Source: an uncultured Gammaproteobacteria bacterium (lineage in GTDB: Bacteria > Patescibacteriota > Patescibacteriia > Buchananbacterales > UBA6539). From it: 64,000 nt of DNA. Position numbers and translations under genes: made by a program. This document shows, in pieces, positions 58,374-64,000 of the stretch (positions are counted from its first letter, which is position 1; each line of letters begins with the position of its first letter). The stretch covers positions 20,963 to 84,962 of the forward strand of contig CAZINP010000002.1 in the NCBI GenBank assembly GCA_964540635.1. Reading direction: 5' to 3'. The notes beneath the pieces were generated by a model. That model did not search any database and was not told where the DNA came from. It saw only the letters and a list, made by a program, of their open reading frames with translations.

Positions 58374-60989
58374 ATGCTAAATCCACAAAAATTAACAATA
58401 AAAGCTCAGGAAGCATTGCAAATTGCCCTGGAATTGGCCATGGAAAGAAATCAGCAGCAAATTTCCGTGGCGCATTTATTATTGGCTCTGATCGAGCAAG
58501 AAGATGGCGTTGTTTTACCCATTTTTAAAAAGCTGGAAGTTGACCTTGTCAAATTAAGAAATCAACTTCAAAAAATAATTGGCAATATACCGGAAGGTTC
58601 GACTAATGGCAGTATTCAGCCTTTTATGGAAGCATCATTACAAAAAAGTTTTATTTCCGCTGAAAATCAAGCAAAAAATTTAGGCGATGAATATATCAGC
58701 ACCGAACATTTTCTTTTGGGTATACTCGAGGTTAAATCTGAGACTTCCGATTATTTAAAAGCAATCAACATTGACTATCAAGAGGTTTTAAAAGTTTTGA
58801 AAGAAATCAGAGGAACTCACCGGGTTATTGATCAAGATCCCGAAAGCCAATATCAGGCCCTGAAAAAATACGGGATTAATTTAACCGATCAAGCCCGAGC
58901 CGGCAAATTGGATCCGATAATCGGCCGCGATCAAGAGATAAGACGGGTGATGCAAGTTTTGTCGCGCAAAACCAAAAACAATCCGGTTCTTATTGGTGAA
59001 CCAGGCACAGGTAAAACCGCCATCGTTGAAGGCTTAGCCCAAAGAATTGTGGCCGGTGATGTGCCTGAGAATATAAAAAGCAAGGAGGTTATCACTCTTG
59101 ATATCGGCAGCTTAGTGGCCGGCAGTAAGTTCAGAGGTGAATTTGAAAATCGCTTAAAAGCCGTTCTTAAAGAAGTTGAGGCTTCAGCCGGCAAAATTAT
59201 AATTTTTATTGACGAATTACACTTGGTGGTAGGCGCCGGCGGTTCCGAAGGAGCGGTTGATGCGGCCAATATGCTTAAACCCGCTTTGGCTCGCGGCACA
59301 CTTCATGCCATTGGCGCTACAACAATCAAAGAATATCAAAAATATATTGAAAAAGATGCGGCCCTGGAAAGACGCTTTCAGCCGGTTTTGGTCGGAGAAC
59401 CGACAATTGAAGATACAATTGCAATTCTTCGGGGCATTAAAGAAAAATATGAGGTTCATCACGGCGTTAAAATTACCGACAACGCTTTAGTGGCTGCCGC
59501 CAATTTATCAACCAGATATATTTCTGACAGATTTCTACCGGATAAAGCCATTGATTTAATTGATGAAGCGACTTCGGCGCTAAGAATGGAAATTGACTCG
59601 ATGCCGGACGAATTGGATACTTTAAAAAGAAAGATCATCCAGCTCGAAATTGAGAAACAAGCTCTTAAAAAAGAAAATAACGATCAAAGCAAAAAACGTC
59701 TTAGAGATCTGGAAAAAGAAATGGCCAATCTCAGGGAAAAGAGCAACCAAATAGAAATTCATTGGCAAAACGAAAAGAACCTGATTAAAAAAATTCAGGA
59801 GAACAAAAATCTTATTGACCAATTAAAAAATGAAGCTGAAATTGCCGAACGAAAAGGGGAGCTGGAACGTGTGGCAGAAATTAAATACGGAAAAATACCG
59901 AGCTTGGAAAAAGAGATTAAAAAACTCTACAACTCTTTGACCGAAATTCAAAGAGACAAAAAGATGCTTAAGGAAGAAGTCACGGCCGAAGATATTGCCG
60001 CGGTGGTTTCTCGCTGGACAGGCATTCCCGTTTCAAAAATGCTTGAAAGCGAAAGCCATAAATTGTTGAATTTGGAAGAAGAATTAAAACAACGCATTAT
60101 CGGACAAGACAAAGCGATTTCAGCCATTGCCAACGCCGTCAGACGTTCTCGGGCCGGAATTTCGGAAGAAAACAGGCCAATTGGCACATTTATGTTCCTT
60201 GGCCCAACCGGTGTGGGTAAAACCGAAACCGCCAAAGCCTTAGCGGAATTTATGTTCAACGACGACAAATCGCTTGTAAGAGTTGATATGTCTGAATATA
60301 TGGAAAAATACAGCGTAAGTAAAATCATCGGCTCACCTCCCGGATATGTCGGTTATGAAGAAGGTGGTCAACTTACCGAAATTATCAGACGCCGTCCCTA
60401 TGCGGTAATCTTGTTTGATGAAATTGAAAAAGCCCACCCTGACGTTTTTAACATTTTACTTCAAATTCTAGACGAAGGAAGATTAACAGATGCCAAAGGC
60501 AGGGTTGTTAATTTCAAAAATACGATAATTATTTTGACCTCAAACCTTGGCAGCGATGTTATCAAAGAATTTTCATTGGGATTTACCGACAAGGAAAGAG
60601 ACGGCAAAATTGACCAAAAAGAAATGGAGGCTCAAATCACTGATATTTTACATCGCTCATTCAAACCGGAATTCCTAAACCGCTTAGATGAATTAATTAT
60701 CTTTTCTTCACTCAAGCAGTCCGAGATCAGAAAAATTGTTGATTTGCAACTCAAAAAGATATCAACCAGATTATTGGAAAAAGAAATTAAAATTGATGCC
60801 ACCTCAAAGCTAAAAGATTATTTGGCCAAAACCGGTTATGATCCGATTTATGGCGCCAGGCCAATTAAGCGATTGATTCAGGAAAAAATTCTTGACGAGC
60901 TGGCCATGAAAATTATTGAGGGTAAAGTCACCCGAGGACAAAAAATCAAAATTGACCTTGGACCCAAAGACGAAATTATCATCAAATAA
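58374..60989 (+). CDS. clpB: Chaperone ClpB (long M-domain)
   Basis: [23 protein letters not shown], long coiled coil with [18 protein letters not shown]. Confidence 0.93.
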   Translation: MLNPQKLTIKAQEALQIALELAMERNQQQISVAHLLLALIEQEDGVVLPIFKKLEVDLVKLRNQLQKIIGNIPEGSTNGSIQPFMEASLQKSFISAENQAKNLGDEYISTEHFLLGILEVKSETSDYLKAINIDYQEVLKVLKEIRGTHRVIDQDPESQYQALKKYGINLTDQARAGKLDPIIGRDQEIRRVMQVLSRKTKNNPVLIGEPGTGKTAIVEGLAQRIVAGDVPENIKSKEVITLDIGSLVAGSKFRGEFENRLKAVLKEVEASAGKIIIFIDELHLVVGAGGSEGAVDAANMLKPALARGTLHAIGATTIKEYQKYIEKDAALERRFQPVLVGEPTIEDTIAILRGIKEKYEVHHGVKITDNALVAAANLSTRYISDRFLPDKAIDLIDEATSALRMEIDSMPDELDTLKRKIIQLEIEKQALKKENNDQSKKRLRDLEKEMANLREKSNQIEIHWQNEKNLIKKIQENKNLIDQLKNEAEIAERKGELERVAEIKYGKIPSLEKEIKKLYNSLTEIQRDKKMLKEEVTAEDIAAVVSRWTGIPVSKMLESESHKLLNLEEELKQRIIGQDKAISAIANAVRRSRAGISEENRPIGTFMFLGPTGVGKTETAKALAEFMFNDDKSLVRVDMSEYMEKYSVSKIIGSPPGYVGYEEGGQLTEIIRRRPYAVILFDEIEKAHPDVFNILLQILDEGRLTDAKGRVVNFKNTIIILTSNLGSDVIKEFSLGFTDKERDGKIDQKEMEAQITDILHRSFKPEFLNRLDELIIFSSLKQSEIRKIVDLQLKKISTRLLEKEIKIDATSKLKDYLAKTGYDPIYGARPIKRLIQEKILDELAMKIIEGKVTRGQKIKIDLGPKDEIIIK

Positions 60990-61019
60990 AAAATAGTCCC
61001 GTAAAACGGGACTATTTTT
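60988..61019. terminator. Bidirectional terminator
   Basis: AAAAATAGTCCCG-TAAAA-CGGGACTATTTTT. Confidence 0.85.
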
Positions 61020-61040
61020 ATGATATACAATTACGACCGA

Positions 61041-61184
61041 TTAAAATTCTTCTTCACCATCACCCTCTTCAGCCTCATCTTCGTCTTCATCAAAATCCAT
61101 GTCATCATCGTCTTCTGAATAATCATCGTCACCCATATCGTCGGCTGGGGTGGTTGTTAATTCTTCATCATCGTTAAAATACAT
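61041..61184 (-). CDS. 47-aa hyper-acidic small protein
   Basis: MYFNDDEELTTTPADDMGDDDYSEDDDDMDFDEDEDEAEEGDGEEEF; GAGGAG RBS; consensus promoter; terminator downstream. Confidence 0.75.
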   Translation of the reverse strand: MYFNDDEELTTTPADDMGDDDYSEDDDDMDFDEDEDEAEEGDGEEEF

Positions 61185-61245
61185 TATTTTAACTCCTCTT
61201 AAGTCTCGCTTGCGCGGACTTTATTTATTAATAAAACTATTCTAA

Positions 61246-61273
61246 ATTATATCTAATCCAATAGGCGTGTCAA
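61246..61273 (-). promoter_or_regulatory. Consensus sigma70 promoter of the acidic peptide gene
   Basis: Minus strand TTGACA-N16-TATAAT. Confidence 0.75.
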
Positions 61274-61341
61274 GTGGAAAAATATAGATAAAATTTTAGC
61301 TAAAATTTGCCACAGAACAAAACAGCAAGTATAATAAAAAT

Positions 61342-62439
61342 ATGAAAAATAATGAAAAAAAATCAAAGAAAAAAAGGGTTTGCATCGCTCTCTCCGGCGG
61401 TGTGGACTCTTCGGTTGCCGCCGCTTTAATAAAAAAGTCAGGTTTTGAATGTATTGGAATTTTTATGAAACTCTGGCACGATCCGCTTTCAAAATCTTGC
61501 CGCGAAAATCTTTGCTGCTCCTCAGAAGCCTTTGAAGATGCCAGAAAAGTGGCACATAAACTTGGTTTTGCCTTATATACTTTTGATTATTCAAAACAAT
61601 TCAAAAAAGAAATTGTTGATTATTTTTTAAAAGAACACCAAAAGGGGAATACGCCTAACCCGTGCGTTGCCTGCAATAAATTTATCAAATTTGACCTCTT
61701 GCTTAAAACCGCACTCAATTTAAACTGCGACTACTTGGCTACCGGGCACTATCTTAAAATTAAACAAGACAAATCATCAAAAAAATATAAAGTTTTTCAG
61801 GGCAAAGATAAAAATAAGGACCAATCATATTTTTTATACAATCTCAAACAAAAACAATTAAAAAACTTGCTCTTCCCCTTGGGTGATTTGGAAAAAAGTC
61901 AGGTTAGAAAAATTGCCAAAAAACTCGGCTTAAGTGTTTATCAAAAAAAAGAAAGCCAAGAAATTTGTTTTATTTCAGAAAAAGATCGTTATCCATTTTT
62001 TAAAAACTATCTAAAAGCAAAAGCTGGTGAGATTATTGACCAAAAAGGAATTAAAGTGGGGGAGCATCTTGGCTATTCTCTATATACTCCCGGGCAAAGA
62101 AAGGGGTTAAAAATCGGCTCCGGCAACGGACCGTATTATGTTAATAAAATTTCACCGAGACAAAATATTGTTTTTGTCACAAACGATTCGCAAGATAAAA
62201 ATCTTTTTACCAAAAACTTTAAAATTAAAAATATAAACTGGATATCGCAAGAACCAAATTCCAAAAAAGCCCTTAAAGTCAAAATAAGGCACCAATCAAA
62301 ATTACTTGAAGCAAAAATATCAGGCAACAAAGTAACCTTAAAAAAACCGGCCCGTTCCGTAGTGCCCGGCCAATCTGCAGTTTTTTATCACAAAAACGAG
62401 CTCCTTGGTGGCGGGATAATCAGTTCAATTAATAAATAA
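61342..62439 (+). CDS. mnmA: tRNA 2-thiouridylase MnmA
   Basis: SGGVDS, TPNPCVACN, ATGHY, KDQSYFL, SQEICF, PGQSAVFY. Confidence 0.96.
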   Translation: MKNNEKKSKKKRVCIALSGGVDSSVAAALIKKSGFECIGIFMKLWHDPLSKSCRENLCCSSEAFEDARKVAHKLGFALYTFDYSKQFKKEIVDYFLKEHQKGNTPNPCVACNKFIKFDLLLKTALNLNCDYLATGHYLKIKQDKSSKKYKVFQGKDKNKDQSYFLYNLKQKQLKNLLFPLGDLEKSQVRKIAKKLGLSVYQKKESQEICFISEKDRYPFFKNYLKAKAGEIIDQKGIKVGEHLGYSLYTPGQRKGLKIGSGNGPYYVNKISPRQNIVFVTNDSQDKNLFTKNFKIKNINWISQEPNSKKALKVKIRHQSKLLEAKISGNKVTLKKPARSVVPGQSAVFYHKNELLGGGIISSINK

Positions 62440-62476
62440 GTTGATTTTTAAGGATATTTAAGCTAATATATTTGAT

Positions 62477-64000
62477 ATGATTACAAGAAATGAATTAATT
62501 GAAAAATATTTAAACTTCTTTAAAGAGCGCAAACACTCAATAATTCCGAGTGCTTCTTTAATTCCCGAAAATGACCCAACCGTCCTTTTTACGACAGCCG
62601 GTATGCACCCGCTTGTCCCTTATCTTTTGGGCGAAAAGCATCCTCAAGGCACCAGATTGTGTGATACGCAAAAATGCATTCGTACCGGCGATATTGATGA
62701 TGTGGGCGATAACACCCATCTGACCTTTTTTGAAATGCTGGGCAATTGGTCGCTTGGTGACTACTGGAAAAAAGACATGATTACCTGGAGTTTTGAATTT
62801 TTAACCAAAGAATTAAACATTCCGCTTGAGAAATTGGGCGTCACTTGTTTTGCCGGCGATGACGACGCGCCACGTGATAACGAATCAGCGGAAATCTGGA
62901 AAAGCTTGGGTGTAAATGAAAAAAGGGTTGCCTTTTTACCCAAAGAAGATAATTGGTGGGGCCCAGCCGGCTTAACCGGACCTTGCGGGCCGGACTCGGA
63001 AATGTTTTATTGGACCGGAACCGAAGCGGCACCGGAAATTTTTGATCCCAAAGACAAAAGATGGGTTGAGATTTGGAATGACGTTTTCATGCAATATAAC
63101 AAGACATCTGAGGGAAAATATATTGAGTTAGAGCAAAAAAATATTGATACCGGCATGGGCGTGGAAAGAACAGTTGCTGTTCTGAATGGATTTAATGACG
63201 TTTATTCGGACGCAAACATGCTTCCCATTATTACTAAAATAAAAGAGCTAAGCAAATCGGAAAATGAAAAATCAAGCCGAATAATTGCCGATCATTTAAG
63301 GGCGGCCACCTTCATTTTAGGCGATAAAAAAGGGATTGTTCCCTCAAATTTAGGCCAAGGTTATGTTTTAAGACGTTTAATCAGACGAGCGATTAGGCAC
63401 GGGAAACAAATAGGAATTGATAAAAATTTTACATCCTTGATTGCCCAAGAAGTAATTAATATTTTCCATCATGACTATCCGGAATTAAAACAAAACGAGA
63501 GGTTTATGATTTCTTCACTTGATGCCGAAGAAGAAAAATTTACAAAAACACTGGAAAACGGCCTAAAAGAATTTGATAAAATTTCAAAAAAAGACATAAC
63601 GGGAAAAGATGCTTTTATTTTGTTTACAACTTACGGCTTTCCCTTGGAAATGATAATTGAATTGGCGAAAGAAAAGATGATTAATGTTGATATAGTCGGA
63701 TTCGAAGAAGAGTTCAAAAAACACCAAGACTTATCTCGCCAAAGCGCTGAGGGAAAATTTAAAGGCGGCCTGGCTGATAATACCGAAGAAACCGCTAAAT
63801 TACACACCGCTACTCATTTGATGCTGGCGGCTCTCAGAAAAGTTTTGGGTGATCAGGTTTACCAAAAAGGCGCAAACATCACTGCCGAACGAATCAGATT
63901 TGACTTTTCTTATCCGGAAAAAATGACACCGGATCAAATAGAGAAAGTCCAAGACTTGGTTAATGAGCAAATCAAGAAGAAAATTGAAGTAAAATGCGAA
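62477..64000 (+). CDS. alaS: Alanine--tRNA ligase (runs off window end)
   Basis: MITRNEL..FFK..H...PS.SLIPENDPTVLFTTAGMHPL, HLTFFEMLGNWS, IDTGMG.ER, editing motif HTATH. Confidence 0.96.
   Translation, partial: MITRNELIEKYLNFFKERKHSIIPSASLIPENDPTVLFTTAGMHPLVPYLLGEKHPQGTRLCDTQKCIRTGDIDDVGDNTHLTFFEMLGNWSLGDYWKKDMITWSFEFLTKELNIPLEKLGVTCFAGDDDAPRDNESAEIWKSLGVNEKRVAFLPKEDNWWGPAGLTGPCGPDSEMFYWTGTEAAPEIFDPKDKRWVEIWNDVFMQYNKTSEGKYIELEQKNIDTGMGVERTVAVLNGFNDVYSDANMLPIITKIKELSKSENEKSSRIIADHLRAATFILGDKKGIVPSNLGQGYVLRRLIRRAIRHGKQIGIDKNFTSLIAQEVINIFHHDYPELKQNERFMISSLDAEEEKFTKTLENGLKEFDKISKKDITGKDAFILFTTYGFPLEMIIELAKEKMINVDIVGFEEEFKKHQDLSRQSAEGKFKGGLADNTEETAKLHTATHLMLAALRKVLGDQVYQKGANITAERIRFDFSYPEKMTPDQIEKVQDLVNEQIKKKIEVKCE

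Noticed and set aside
60995-61005. 11-nt match TAGTCCCGTAA between the clpB terminator and the unknown RNA
   Set aside because: Matches of this length are expected by chance between a 245-nt RNA and 64 kb.
61200-61214. TAAGTCTCGCTTGCG shared with the RNase P P12 hairpin
   Set aside because: Only two copies of a short self-complementary hairpin; no evidence of function or mobility.
746-63032. Numerous short antisense or nested ORFs in the track
   Set aside because: They overlap well-supported genes and show no motifs; treated as shadow ORFs.
32000-64000. Impression of weaker G-over-C skew in the second half (replication terminus?)
   Set aside because: Spot checks were inconsistent; needs a cumulative skew computation.

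Overview
AT-rich, gene-dense bacterial chromosome segment with almost all genes on the + strand. The gene content (DUF4012 protein, VirD4/TraG-like ATPase with CxxC-x17-CxxC plus its partner, sigma-r4/HTH protein, PsbP-like 'WxTYxN' lipoproteins, short YidC) points to a Patescibacteria/CPR genome (inference). Housekeeping genes: recJ, rnhA, hpf, tgt, alkD, rplU, recR, dnaB, ftsEX, yidC, secDF, ugd, clpB with a perfect CIRCE, mnmA and alaS (partial). Also present are four tRNAs, RNase P RNA and a glycosyltransferase cluster. The accessory region at ~2.7-16.3 kb holds a RAYT tyrosine transposase with GTAG-type REPs (two inside its own CDS), lipoproteins, nucleases, a GC-richer giant M23-peptidase/Ig adhesin, and a four-times repeated intergenic motif CAACATAGCG. 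The most notable signal is an unannotated ~245-nt structured, pseudoknotted RNA with its own sigma70 promoter and terminator directly downstream of rnpB. Other signals are a 47-aa hyper-acidic peptide gene with a consensus promoter, a membrane-anchored Zn-finger Clp ATPase with a degenerate first AAA ring, a ClpB carrying an LGF loop, a dnaX-like -1 frameshift signal ahead of a PvcA/DIT1-like ORF, a zinc-less TGT, and a SecD with an inserted parvulin domain. All calls are from reading the sequence; no database searches or folding programs were run.
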